DNA of 64,000 bases from Octopus vulgaris (taxonomy: Eukaryota): assembly GCA_951406725.2 (NCBI GenBank), contig OX597815.1, positions 178,498,001-178,562,000 of the forward strand. The letters are read 5' to 3'. Of the stretch, positions 1 through 11,629 are shown piece by piece. The notes below the pieces were generated by a model. That model did no database searches, was not told where the DNA came from, and saw only the letters and a list, made by a program, of their open reading frames with translations. Made by a program: the position numbers and the translations under genes. How positions within the stretch are numbered: position 1 is the stretch's first letter; each line of letters begins with the position of its first letter.

Positions 1-1266
1 TTTCCGTTCCTGTTTGATGTTAATCCAGTTAATATACTCGACAAATGGTCTTGAGAAAGGTATGAACATTATGCAGTCTCAATTGTAAACCTCTTGTATA
101 AATAACAGGACTACGACCTCAGCAAATCGATATTCTAATCGGGGTTTACTTTAATCCTTTTGTCAAATAATAATATTGTTTAAATTTCTGTCTATTCACG
201 CCAATTCCTCTCGAATCACACACACTCACAGATATATGCATGTGAGCGTTTGTATGAGTATATTACATAGACTAATCAGTCTATGAATAAATAGATGTTT
301 GTACGTCTAATATCCGTGCGGGTGTGCAGTCGCAGACAAGAGATTTTGTAGCAATAAATTTAATTACATATTTCTCTTTGACTACATTTATCTTGCTTCT
401 TTTATTGTTTTCTGCACTCTCTGAATCTAAAATTATTGTGGGTTAACATGTGTAAGTTCAGATGTCAGACACACTGCGATATTTACTGCGAAACATACAG
501 TGCAATTATTTGTCGACTCAAGCGTTTATTAAAGCTCTGTTTTCCCTCCACTTCGAAACCATTATTCAACGTTCTAACTTAAGTCTGATTGACAGATATT
601 GAATTTGTGTTCTAACTGAATTATCTAAAGAGCTGGATGTGAGCCAATAGATATTTAGCGATAGATCATAACAGTGTCTATTTATAGATGGTGAGGAGGG
701 CAAAGCAAAAATAAAACCTCGTGTGCAAGAGTTGTAATGTGTACTCGTGTGCATTCCGGTTATTTTTCGTATAATAAAACAACCATGTGAGATATACCAT
801 ATTTATAAGTACGGTATGCTTAATTATACTTAATTCTTCGCGTAATGAATTTAGTTTCATATCAATAAGTAATCGACTCACAGATGCAATCCTTATTTCG
901 ATTCATTTAATCTTTCTTTAAACCGAACTTTACACAAATAAATAAATGCCATAAATGTGTTTCATGTTAAATAATTCTGATTGTTAAATAATTCTTTTAT
1001 ATAGTCTATGTCAAATTATGCTTTTCGTGTTATATTTTTTTTATTTCATATCGTAATTATTTTGTAGTCATTTTCCTTTGCTAATTTCCTCGAAGATTTG
1101 ATTAATCTTATTGAAGATTTAAAGCTAAACTGTATCATATGGATTATCCATACTGCCACTCTTTCCACCTGAGGATCATTCTTAGTAACGAGACTCTTCT
1201 TTAATACACTATAATCTAGTGATGATAAAATACTTTAAGTACAAATGTTTAGATAGCTTCTATATA

Positions 1267-1951
1267 TCTATATATATAAAACTCAACTTGTGTGTCTGTG
1301 TGTGTATCTGTGTGTGTGTGTGTGTGTGTGTTTAACTTACCGGCACATCTCCTCCTAGCCAACAAATCGTAGAACCACCAAAAATGGGTCACTTAAAGTT
1401 TAGGCGAATGAAAATTGAACTGCGCTATTTCTGTTCCGAAATTCAACTCGCAAGTACAAAAATCGATAATTTGTTTGTTTAGGCCTTATCCCATGCATTG
1501 AATAGTGAACTTTACTCAGTCAACTGTTTGACGTGAACTGTGTTCACCACGCGTGCAAGCATGTGTAAATTGCATGAAAAATAAAAAATCAAGATATAAA
1601 AACGAATCGCCGTAAACATTGTAGAAATTCGGCAAATAAATGAATTTTCGGGATGTAGCCTGGAGGGTTTTTTCGTATTAATCGTTTGGACTTTGTGAAC
1701 ACATACCAATTGTTTTCATAACATTTTTAACGCTTTGAATTAAATGTGACCATTTTGCGTTGAGTCTGCAGTTTGAATCACTTTAACCAAATTTTAGCAG
1801 GCCGGATTTTTTATCATCACGATACATCGCCAGCGACTCCCTGAAATCCCCGTTAAGAAATCTATATATATAAAACTCAACTTGTGTGTCTGTGTGTGTA
1901 TCTGTGTGTGTGTCTGTGTGTGTATCTGTGTGTGTGTCTGTGTGTTTAACT
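1267..1951 (+). mobile_element. Two tandem non-autonomous Helitron-like 5' segments (no 3' end of their own)
   Basis: A|TCTATATATATAAAACTCAACTTGTGTGTCTGTG...TTTAACT occurs at 1267 and again at 1861. TC start plus GT-rich microsatellite matches Lep1-type Helitron 5' ends. Confidence 0.55.
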
Positions 1952-2002
1952 TTTGGTTCTACCAAGTTTCATTATTAAGGATGGAAAGTAGTGTGTAGGA
2001 AA

Positions 2003-2389
2003 TCTATATATATAAAGCTGAAGTTGTCTGTGTGTGGCAGGTTTGGTAGCCTTCAACTAACATTATCTCCTTCGAGACCCTGCAGCGCAAGTTGACCAAA
2101 ATTGAGAGTATGATAGAAAAAGGCGTACTCTTCATTCTGTAGGAGATAAAATTCAAATCGGACCATGTTAACACCAAAAATTATTTACATCAAAAAGGTG
2201 CTTTTTTTCTATGAAAATCCCTATTTTTTACGATTTTTGACTGCTGTGTCACCATTTTTCGGTGTATTTCAACTGGAAAATGTTCACTTGAAGAGAATAA
2301 CAAGTTGCATAATGCAAAATTTTTACTTTTCAAAAGTTCCAATTCTAAAGGGTCGAAACAAACCCAAGCAACACCGGGTGATACTGCTA

Positions 2390-2390
<1 letters not shown>
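2003..2390 (+). mobile_element. Non-autonomous Helitron (complete ends)
   Basis: Starts A|TCTATATATATAAAG and ends CTAG|T at 2390. Imperfect GC hairpin CCCAAGCAACACCGGG lies ~10 nt before CTAG. Sits between A and T with no TSD. Confidence 0.75.
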
Positions 2391-2475
<85 letters not shown>

Positions 2476-2476
2476 T

Positions 2477-2860
2477 ATTCTTTTCTACTGAAATTTTTTT
2501 GGGGGGGACCAGTCGATTAGATGACCCCAGTACGCACCTGGTAATTAATTTATCGACCCCGAAATGATGAAAGGCAAAGTCGACCTCGGCGGAATTTGAA
2601 CTCAGAACGTAACGGCAGACGAAATACCTATTTCTTTACTACCTACAAGTGGCTAAACACTGAGGGGACAAACAAAGACAGACAAATGGATTAAGTCGAT
2701 TACATCGACCCCAGTGCGTAACTGGTACTTATTTAATCAACCCCCGAAAGGATGAAAGGCAAAGTGGACCTCGGCGGAATTTGAACTCAGAACGTAGCGG
2801 CAAACTAAATACAGCTACACATTTCGCCCGGCGTGCAAACGATTCTGCCAGCTCGCCGCC
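2477..2860 (-). mobile_element. SINE family 1 (tRNA head + Deu/Nin-type core), dimeric
   Basis: Minus strand: head GGCGGCGAGCTGGCAGAA, B box GAGTTCAAATTCC, core GCCTTTCATCCTTTCGGGGTCGATAAATTAAGTACCAG-like present twice. Many other copies in the window. Confidence 0.85.
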
Positions 2861-3146
2861 TTATTTATCTCTGTATTGGAACCCATGCTGCTTACAAAAC
2901 CGTCTTTAAGTATATGGTCTTCTTGTGATTTACTGCAAGAAGCTGTACAACATTAGAGTACATACACTATTCAAACTGAATTACTGAGAGCAAAGTATAA
3001 GGGCCGCTGACACAACATGAAGCCGAGACATGATACGAACCTTCTTCGCTTTAACTAAGAAACCACAGTGTAGTGGCTCGTTCGGCCAACTTTAACACAA
3101 AATACACACCAGAAAGAACAGATTGCATGTTGCTGTTTTGCATACA

Positions 3147-3232
<86 letters not shown>

Positions 3233-3233
3233 C
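3147..3233. repeat. Compound microsatellite C-run/(CT)n/(CTAT)n
   Basis: Seen directly. Confidence 0.95.
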
Positions 3234-3474
3234 TGAATAAAAAGACAGCGAAATCAAAAAGGGGAAAAAAAATTTGTTATTTGTCTACTAACTCGGAGCT
3301 GACTTGGGGTTAAACAGTAATAATAACGCCACGATCGCCATTTTTACATCTTATATATCTCCATGACAACCGAGTAACACGCGTCAGAATGGAGAAGCAA
3401 ATTCCAGTAAACCGAATTGCAATGACGGTTTTGGTTTCACTATTCTATGTAGAAGATTACTGTGTAATTGATAA

Positions 3475-3484
3475 ATGTGTGTGT

Positions 3485-3561
<77 letters not shown>
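3475..3561. repeat. (GT)n microsatellite
   Basis: Seen directly. Confidence 0.95.
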
Positions 3562-3562
<1 letters not shown>

Positions 3563-4780
3563 CGTGTAGGTGTCCGGCGCACGGAAAAGAAAGAAAATAT
3601 TTATATAGCTTTATGTAAACATAATTGTATACAGTGTTTCCGAATTTAAGAACCAATCGCGTGTATTTGTCTTTCATCTGTGTTTTTCCAATAGACAAAT
3701 GATTTTAGTTGATCGACCGATCAACAACGCCGGTTCTAAGCTATTATCGACAGCATTACTCAGTGATTTATTGTAACTCAACATATTTATCGAGAAGAAA
3801 ATTCTCCCTACAGTAAATAGCAACGATTAGTTATCGTAAGGAATTTACCGTTGCTGCTCACATGAAGCGCAGGAAATAGATTAGGAACCATATTTTATTG
3901 CTGCCAAGAGCGGAAACATTACGGCAACATAAAACTTGCTTAATAACGTTACTGCAAACTCGCTATAAGTCTATGTATCAAACCCGTCATTCGATTGTTC
4001 CAGGCTGTTCTCATACGCCATAGACTTTTGTTAAGCAATAGATTGCTTGTAGTGTCTTAATGAACTTTGCTAATATCAACTGTCCAAGTGTTTCTGTTTT
4101 CCTTTTAGCATCTTTCTTTCTCATATTTTCTTCCTTCGCCTTCTTTTCTTAATTTTCGTCTTCATAATTTATTAATTCTTTCTTTCCTTGTTCTATCAGT
4201 TATATTCATTGAATTTTTATCTTAAATTGCTAGTCTGCCTGTATGTGTGTGTGTGTGTGTGTGTGTGTCTGTGTGTGTGTCTATATACGTATATAATACG
4301 AACGTGTATTCTTCGCGTATTCATAGATTATTGAAACAACAAATATAAATTCACGATGGTAGTTTCCAGGAGATGCGCCTACTAATTCGAGAAGATTGAT
4401 GTTTGATGCTGTTATTAATTATGTATGCCAAATCGCTAGATACATCCGGCTAATTGGCAAAAATTCATTCACCAACACGCTACAACTAATAGGCCACAGA
4501 CACTGTCTCCTCTATCACCGCCACAACAGCGTCGCCTCTGAACTAACGCACCACATCCTACCCACACCCTTATCCATTTTATACCCTGCCCCCCCGCATC
4601 CTCTCCTCATCTTATGTCTACTGTGTTACATCTCCCTCAAAAATCACTTTACTCTATCATTTTTCGCTCAAAATTCTACACTCTTGAATTCCCTGCCAGC
4701 CTATATTTTACTCTTCAGGTATTCTCACTGTCTTTCGTTGACTTATTAAAGTATTTTGCTATAAATAACGCACAAAGAAT

Positions 4781-4814
<34 letters not shown>

Positions 4815-4819
4815 TGATG

Positions 4820-5029
4820 TTTCAAATTTTGGCACAAGGCCAATAATTTCAGGGGACGGGGTAAGTCGATTACATCAGCTCCAGTGCTCAACCGGTACTT
4901 ATTTTATCGACCTCGAAAGGATGAAAGGCAAAGTCAACCTCGATGAAATTTGAACTCAGAACGTAAAGACGGACGAAATGCCGCTAAGTATTTTGCCCGG
5001 CGTGTTAACGATTCTGCCAGCTTGTCACC
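4820..5029 (-). mobile_element. SINE family 1, monomer with alternative tail
   Basis: Same head, B box and core as the other copies; tail GGCCTTGTGCCAAAATTTGAAA. Confidence 0.8.
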
Positions 5030-5065
5030 TTAATAATAATAATGACAATAATAATAATAATAATA

Positions 5066-5754
5066 ATGAAAAGAAATATAACAAGTAACTGCAGAATATG
5101 TGGAGATGGACAAGAAACAATAAATCATATTACCTCTGGCTTCCCAGTCCTGGCTAAGAAGGAATATATTCACAGACATGACAGAGTTGGGACCTGCATA
5201 CACTGGAAGCTATGCCAACATTATGGAATAACAACAGAAAAAAGATGGTATAGGCACACACCAGAAAGGGTCACAGAAAACGAGAAAGCAACCATACTCT
5301 GGGATATGCCAATACACACAGATAGAGAAATTAAGGCCAACAGACCAGATATAGTTGTCAGAGATCAGGAAGAAAAAAATGCTTCCTAATTGATGTATCA
5401 ATACCAGCAGATGACAACGTGTCTCTAAAAGAAATGGAGAAACTTTCAAAATACAAAGACCTGGAAATAGAGGTAACTAGAATGTGGAATCTAAAAACAG
5501 AAACAATTCCTATCATAGTAGGTGCATTAGGCATGATAAAAATATATTCAGACAAATACAAAACAAAAACACCAGGACTTACAAAAACATATAACATACA
5601 GAAAATTGCACTACTAGGCACTGCACACATACTACGCAGAACACTTTCAATACAGTAACCATCAGAGCATCACAACAAATCACAGCACATACCCAAGGCA
5701 CACAGAGTTGCGCTCGGTAGTGAAGTGAAAGCATTATAAAAATAAAACTACTGA

Positions 5755-5755
<1 letters not shown>
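5066..5755 (+). mobile_element. 5'-truncated R4/Dong-clade non-LTR retrotransposon (Zn knuckle, RLE endonuclease, 3'UTR) inside (TAA)n
   Basis: CRICGDGQETINHITSG, RHDRVG, ILWD...RPDIVV, LIDVSIP, EKLSKYKDL, IPIIVGALG, QKIALLGTAHILRR*. One 1-nt frameshift in an A-run near 5380. (AAT)n on both flanks. Confidence 0.9.
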
Positions 5756-5816
<61 letters not shown>

Positions 5817-6022
5817 GCGGTGAGTTGGCAGAATCATTAGCATGCAAGCACAATTGCTTAGCGCCATTTCGTCCGTCTTCACGTTCCGAGTTCAAATTCC
5901 GCTGAGGTAAACTTTGCCTTTCATGCTTTGTGGGTCAATGAAATAGTGCCACTTACGCACTGGGGTTGATATAATCGAGTGCTCCCCCAAAATTTCAGAC
6001 CTTGTACCTTTAATATAAAGGA
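5817..6022 (+). mobile_element. SINE family 1, diverged
   Basis: GCGGTGAGTTGGCAGAATC head, GAGTTCAAATTCC B box, GCCTTTCATGCTTTGTGGG core. Confidence 0.75.
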
Positions 6023-6027
6023 TTATT

Positions 6028-6069
<42 letters not shown>

Positions 6070-6071
6070 AC

Positions 6072-7850
6072 TATTATTTCTTTATTAACCACAAAGCTTT
6101 TACATTAAAAAGAAACATTGTGGACAGCACAGGATAAATAGAATGTGGGGTTATATGAAAGTCGTGTATACACTAAAAACAATGGATTATAATAACAAAA
6201 CTTCCTCAAAGAGGCAGACCTCCAAAGACTGCACGTGGAAACACCACAGATCCCCGACAGGCCTAACCACCAGGGTAAGCACCCTCGCCACGTTGTCTAC
6301 AAAGTATGCTTAGAGTAGGCCCATTCATTCGGGTCATTCTTAGAACATTCACCCACCTTTTAACAAAATCGCTGCGGGGAAAGAACTTCCCTCTCCACCC
6401 TCAACTTCCTTTTCAAGTGAAACTTGAAAACGTTGATGAGAGCTTGACCAAAGAGGAAAGTGTCTGTCTTCAGCCCTTTCAATCTTGTCCACCACACAAC
6501 CTCTTTCACCAAGACTATCAGGCAAAGAAAAACAGCCCGCCCTTCCCGACCAAGGGAGGCGGCGAGACTAACTTCACAATGGACTCAGCCGATAGCTAGA
6601 TCCGTCCCACACGTGATAGCAAGTGTTCGACATAAACCTACAAGTCAGAAATACTCGTGCACTGGACGAGAGCGTGCAAAACGGTTTCGTCACTGTGCAC
6701 ATTTAGGGAAAAACCTGATTGACTGCACTTTCGTGCCTCTAGAGATTATGCCGAACAGGCAGCGCCCTGCGGTAGCACTGCCAGGTAAAGGATTTCTGGA
6801 AATTATCCATAAAAGTTCTCGGGAACAAACCGACTCGTCTCGTCGACACTCAGTCTCCCCGAGAACGTCATCGCATTTACCTGCCACTAACCCTCTATAG
6901 AAAGCCATAGTGGAATTTCCACCGACCACATTGCCCGACTAGCAGAAGAGTGTGAGCGCCTGACGACACTCAAGGTGTCATCTACCCTGCCTAGGTCTAC
7001 GTTTGATCCAGGACTGCAGCTCAGCCAAAGGGACGAGCTGTAGGAAATCACCTCTGACAAACGGCAACTACACCTGCTCACCGTCTAGGAAACGCTGGAA
7101 ATAACGCAGTCTCAGCGCCTGTCTGCGCATTGATAGCCACAACGTACCCATCCCTCCATTTAGCGGGTGTTGACAGTAAATAGAGCGCCAGACCAGTGGA
7201 ACACGTCCCTTCCGCAGAAAGCAAGAAAGTAGGCGCTCCAGTTCGGCCAGACACGATGGCGAGGCGGTAGTAGATGACGGATTCGATGTACGCATGCCCG
7301 ACCTTTCAGGGGTGGCTTTCTCTCAGCCCTTTTCTGAGTGAGGCTGACCACCTTGCTCACCACTTCGTCCCAGTTTTTTTACACCTGGAGATCCGAACCG
7401 AACCAGACCTCGAGCAATTTATCTGGTCCTTCCATCCGACGTCCCACGGCGCTGTTGGAAGGCATAGACCTGCCTATCCAGGTGCCGAGTTGCAGGTTCA
7501 CTGACTTCTGGTTAAGTTTTGCTCCAGTCACCGCATTGTCTTCTTTTAGAGCGGTGCCGACTAGGTCTATGTTCTCAACGCCTTCAATTTCCGCAATAGT
7601 AGCTCCAGAGCCATCACATACAGGAGAGCCAAGAAGGAACACCCTCGCCGGACCGAACGCATGATGCTGAATGGTTCCAATAAGTAACCGTTCACCTAAA
7701 CAACCGAGGTGTTACTGTACATTGCAGCGATCCAACCACGGAAAACGGGACTGAAACTGCCCGCCAAGTATTGGCGGTCGACCCTATCAAAGGCTTTAGA
7801 TTGATCCGAATTGATCAATGCCCCACCCACGTCAGTGGACACCAATCCTG
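6072..7850 (-). mobile_element. Decayed Tx1/L1-type LINE (RT, C-terminus, 3'UTR), 5'-truncated
   Basis: Minus strand GALINSDQSKAFDRVDRQYL (7768-7825; Tx1-type DQxKAFDRV), VNGYLLEPF, AVTGAKLN, HPLNGGMG, EVVWWTRLKG. Many stops and frameshifts; YADD region appears deleted. Confidence 0.8.
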
Positions 7851-7909
7851 GTGCAAATAAATATATTGAACGGGACTTACTTGGAGCGTCTGAATGTGTT
7901 CCGCGGCAA

Positions 7910-7970
<61 letters not shown>

Positions 7971-8033
7971 AATGATGATAATAATAATAATAATAATAAT
8001 AATAATTATAATAATAATAATAATAATAATAAT
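7910..8033. repeat. (AAT)/(GAT)n microsatellite
   Basis: Seen directly. Confidence 0.95.
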
Positions 8034-8624
8034 GATTTCCTCATATATCTAGGACTCCATGGTAGAAATTATCCTCCCTTTTTTAAGCCGTAGATAATGA
8101 TTTGAGGAAGATTTGGCTGCTATTGTCGAGTGAGAACATAGAAGTCTCTTGTATTAGCAGTGACATTAATACAAGTGATTCAACAATAATAGTTTTGATA
8201 ATGTTGATAATGGCTTCATGGCAGCGGCGGCGGCGTGGCGGTGGTGACAGTTGCGCTGGTGGTTGTGGTTGTGGTGGTGGTGGTGGTGGCGGCGGCGGCG
8301 GCGATAACGACGATCACGATGGTGACGGTGAAGATTGCCATAACGAAAATATCCTTTTGTCAGTAGTTAATGATGGCTGACGATGGTGGTGGGGAGGGGA
8401 TCGTAATGATCGAATTATTAATTCGATTGCGGCGACGGCGGTGGAGGTGGGTAGGAGCGGCAGTACTTCTTTTTCTTTTACGTATTTTTTGTTGTTCTTT
8501 TTTATTTGTTCTCCCAGCCAGAATCCATAGAAAGAAATGCCAGTGGCACTGGAATTGTGGGTATTATTATAGGAATTGTTTGAATTGAACAAAGAAGGCA
8601 AAAGAAGTTGTGTCAGAAGGTATT

Positions 8625-8628
8625 ATAT

Positions 8629-8706
<78 letters not shown>

Positions 8707-9100
8707 GTGTATATGTATGTATGTATGTGTGTATATGTATGTATGCATGTGTGTATATATATGTATGTATGTGTATATATATATGTATGTATATATGTAT
8801 GTATATATATATATGTATATATGTATGTATGTATGTGTGTGTGTATATATATGTATGTATATATATATGTATGTATATATGTATGTATATATATATATGT
8901 ATGTATATATATATGTACGTATGTATATATATATGTACGTATGTATATATATGTATGCATATATATATATATGCATGTATGTATATATATGTATGCATGG
9001 CCGCAGCTCTGAGCTGAAACTAGAAAATATATATATATATATGTATGCATGTATGTATGTATGTATGTATGTATGTATGTATATATGTATGTATTTGTAT
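8625..9100. repeat. (CA)n and degenerate (TATG)/(TA)n tract
   Basis: Seen directly; explains the six overlapping ORFs. Confidence 0.95.
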
Positions 9101-9331
9101 ATATTCATGTACGTACTTTATTATACGCATATGTGGAAGCTGTGTGTGTACAAGTTCCCGCTTTCACGTGTATATTTGTGTACAGGAACAACTTTTTGCT
9201 TTTCTGTTTGAGAGCATTGTAGAAAATGGATGTATAAGAGTGTTTATGTCGTTATATACGCCTGTGTATACATGTGTGTGTATCTATTTAGGGCAGATAG
9301 GAGTGTGGCTGTGTTTGGGTTGTATGTATAC

Positions 9332-9368
<37 letters not shown>

Positions 9369-9438
9369 CAAGGACTGTTTACGTTGTTCATATTGTTGGT
9401 CTTAATACAAGAAATGGTGTACGTTATTGTTGGCTTAC

Positions 9439-9989
9439 GATAGGTGGTGGTGGAGGTGGGGGTTACTGTAGATGATTGTGATGGCGGTGGTAATAGTGGC
9501 GGTGGTGGTGCTGGTGATGGTGGTGGCGATGATGGTAGTGGCGATGGTGGTGGTGGTGGTGGTGGTAGCGATGGTAGTGTTGGAGGTGTTGGAGGTGGGG
9601 TGGGGTGCGGTGGGGGTGATGAATGTTTCTGATGGTGGCGGTGGTGGTGTTGGTGGTGGTGATGGTGGTGCTGGTGCTGGTGGTGGTGGTGGTGGAACTG
9701 ATGTGGAGGTGATGGATGCTGGCGATGGTGATGGTCGTGATGGTGGTAGCGGCGGTGATGGTGATGGTGGTTTTGGAGGATGGCGATGGGGTAGATCGGG
9801 TGTTTGCTTGTGATGGTGTAAGTAGTGTCGTAGATGTTGAGGATGTTCTGTTGATATCCAGGTAAACGGTAATTTCTGGTGATGGTGGAGGTGGAGCGAT
9901 GCTTGCAGTTGTGTTCTTGTGCTGGTAGTGGTAGGGGCGGAGGTGGTGGTGTGATGGCGGTCATCGTCGTCGCCGTTGGTCGAAATCAT
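9439..9989 (-). CDS. Possible low-complexity His/Pro/Thr-rich coding exon (unverified)
   Basis: ORF from ATG 9989 stays open until a GTAAGC donor at 9438. Openness could simply reflect stop-free (ACC/CAT) repeats. No domain recognised. Confidence 0.2.
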
Positions 9990-10049
9990 TGTGGTCAGGC
10001 GTTGATTACTTTTCTGTCAAAGTGTAGTAGTAGTAGTAGTAGTGGCAGG

Positions 10050-10086
<37 letters not shown>

Positions 10087-10201
10087 GCAGCAGCACGCGG
10101 TCGCGGCTGGTGCAATGGTGGTGGTGGTGGTAGTAGTAATAGTAGTAGTGGTGGGTGGTACTGTGGATGCTTGTGATGGACGCTTGTGATGGCGGCGGCG
10201 A

Positions 10202-10249
<48 letters not shown>

Positions 10250-10686
10250 GAGGTGGTGGTGGTGTTGGTATTCTGTGGTAGAGAATTTACTGAATCTGCT
10301 TTTGAGAGAGAGAGAGACATAGAGAGGGAGAGACATAGAGAGTGAGAGACATAGAGAGAGAGAGAGAGACATAGAGAGAGAGGTGGAGGGAGGGAGGGAG
10401 GGAGGGAGGGAGGGAGAGATTCCAATAATGGTATTGATGTAAGTTGACGTTTGTTGATTTACAATTTGAAACACTGTGTATGGCAATGTTGACATAAGAG
10501 ATTGGGTTTTATAGAGGAGCCGTTTGAAGATTGGCCATTTCTACAGATGATCGACTGAAGAGAGCCGCGTCGAGAAGAAGACGACGCCAATATGACGCGC
10601 GCTGAGAAAGACAATGAGCAACGGATTGGTACATTGTTGTGTGGGGATGTTGTATCTACAAGGTATGGACAGAGTATGGCATACAT

Positions 10687-10953
10687 TTCTATATTTAAGA
10701 GATGAGGAATTATGTACATTATTTACGTTATTTACATTTGACAGATATTTGTCCTCATCTTGTTTGTTGTTAACAAAATGTTTCGGCTGATATACCCTCC
10801 AGCCTTCATCAGGTGTCTTGGGGAAATTTCGAACTTGGGTTCTTATTTCTAAGGTATTTTCCGATGTTATTATCAATATTATTATTATTCAGGTCACTGC
10901 CTGGAATCGAACTCGGAATCTTGGGGTTAGTAACCCGCGCTCTCAACCACTAC
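10687..10953 (-). mobile_element. Hammerhead-bearing tRNA-headed element (family A), near full copy
   Basis: Minus strand: AGTGGTTGAGAGCGCGGGTTACTAACCCCAAGATTCCGAGTTCGATTCC (A and B boxes), (AAT)n, then a tail with CTGATGA-a-GGCTG...CAGCC-GAAA at 10772-10817. Confidence 0.75.
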
Positions 10954-10957
10954 TATA

Positions 10958-11134
10958 GGCATATGGCGTTGTGGTTAATAGTAACATCGAAAAATACCTT
11001 TGTAATGAGAACCCAGGTTCGAAATTTCCCCAGACACCTGATGAAGGCTGGAGGATATATCAGCCGAAACGTTGTGTTAACAACAAACAAGATGAGGACA
11101 AATATCTGTCAATTGTAAATAATGTAAATAATGT
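10958..11134 (+). mobile_element. Family A, inverted internally deleted copy (head-to-head with the previous one)
   Basis: ATATGGCGTTGTGGTTA head start, then jumps to the tail. Reverse complement of 10715-10870. Confidence 0.75.
11033..11078 (+). ncRNA. Minimal type-I hammerhead ribozyme motif
   Basis: Stem I GACAC/GTGTT; core CTGATGA(+A); stem II GGCTG/CAGCC; GAAA; palindromic mini stem III ACGT; GUU cleavage triplet ending 11073. Confidence 0.75.
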
Positions 11135-11303
11135 TGTGTATGGCATGTTCCTTGATTGTAAGTGGAACATGATGTGGTGGAGATGAGGGACGTGTAATGG
11201 GCGGTTTTTAGCGTGTTACGTGAAGTGTGCCGCGTGTGGGGCGTCGTTTGTGATTTGTGGTTTGTCCTTTATGGTGTGTGTGCTGTGTAAAGGGAAGGCG
11301 TGA

Positions 11304-11623
11304 GGCTTAATGGTTTGGGTAGTCGGCTCACAATGGTAAGGTCTCAAGTTCGATTCCCAGCTGTGTCTGTACATTGTGTCCAAGACCAAGACATCTTATT
11401 CCATGTTACTCTAGTCCACTCTTCTGGCAAAAATGTGTTGTAGCTGTAATTCAAAGGGGGCCAGCCTTGTCACATTCTGTCTCATGCTGAATCTCCCTGA
11501 GAACTACGTTATGGGTGCATGTGTCTGTGGAGTACTCAGCCACTTGCCCGCTAATTTCACGAGCAGGCTGTTCCGTTGATCGGATGAACTGGAACCCCCG
11601 TCGTGGTAATTGACAGGCTGCCA
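11304..11623 (+). mobile_element. tRNA-derived SINE (family 3)
   Basis: GGCTTAATGGTT A box and AGTTCGATTCC B box, central TGTGTCC..CAAGACA..CTAGTCCACTC block. A decayed copy of the tail lies at ~28000-28135. Confidence 0.65.
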
Positions 11624-11629
11624 TTTATA

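Noticed and set aside
8567-9211. Overlapping long ORFs of Y/I/H/T or C/V/M (also 19.6-20.5, 43, 46.4-47, 50 and 54 kb)
   Set aside because: Translations of stop-free di- and tetranucleotide microsatellites; open in many frames on both strands.
10889-10953. tRNA-like sequences (also 17401, 18535, 49765 and other SINE heads)
   Set aside because: A/B boxes are present but there is no complete acceptor stem, and they are attached to repeat bodies: SINE heads, not tRNA genes.
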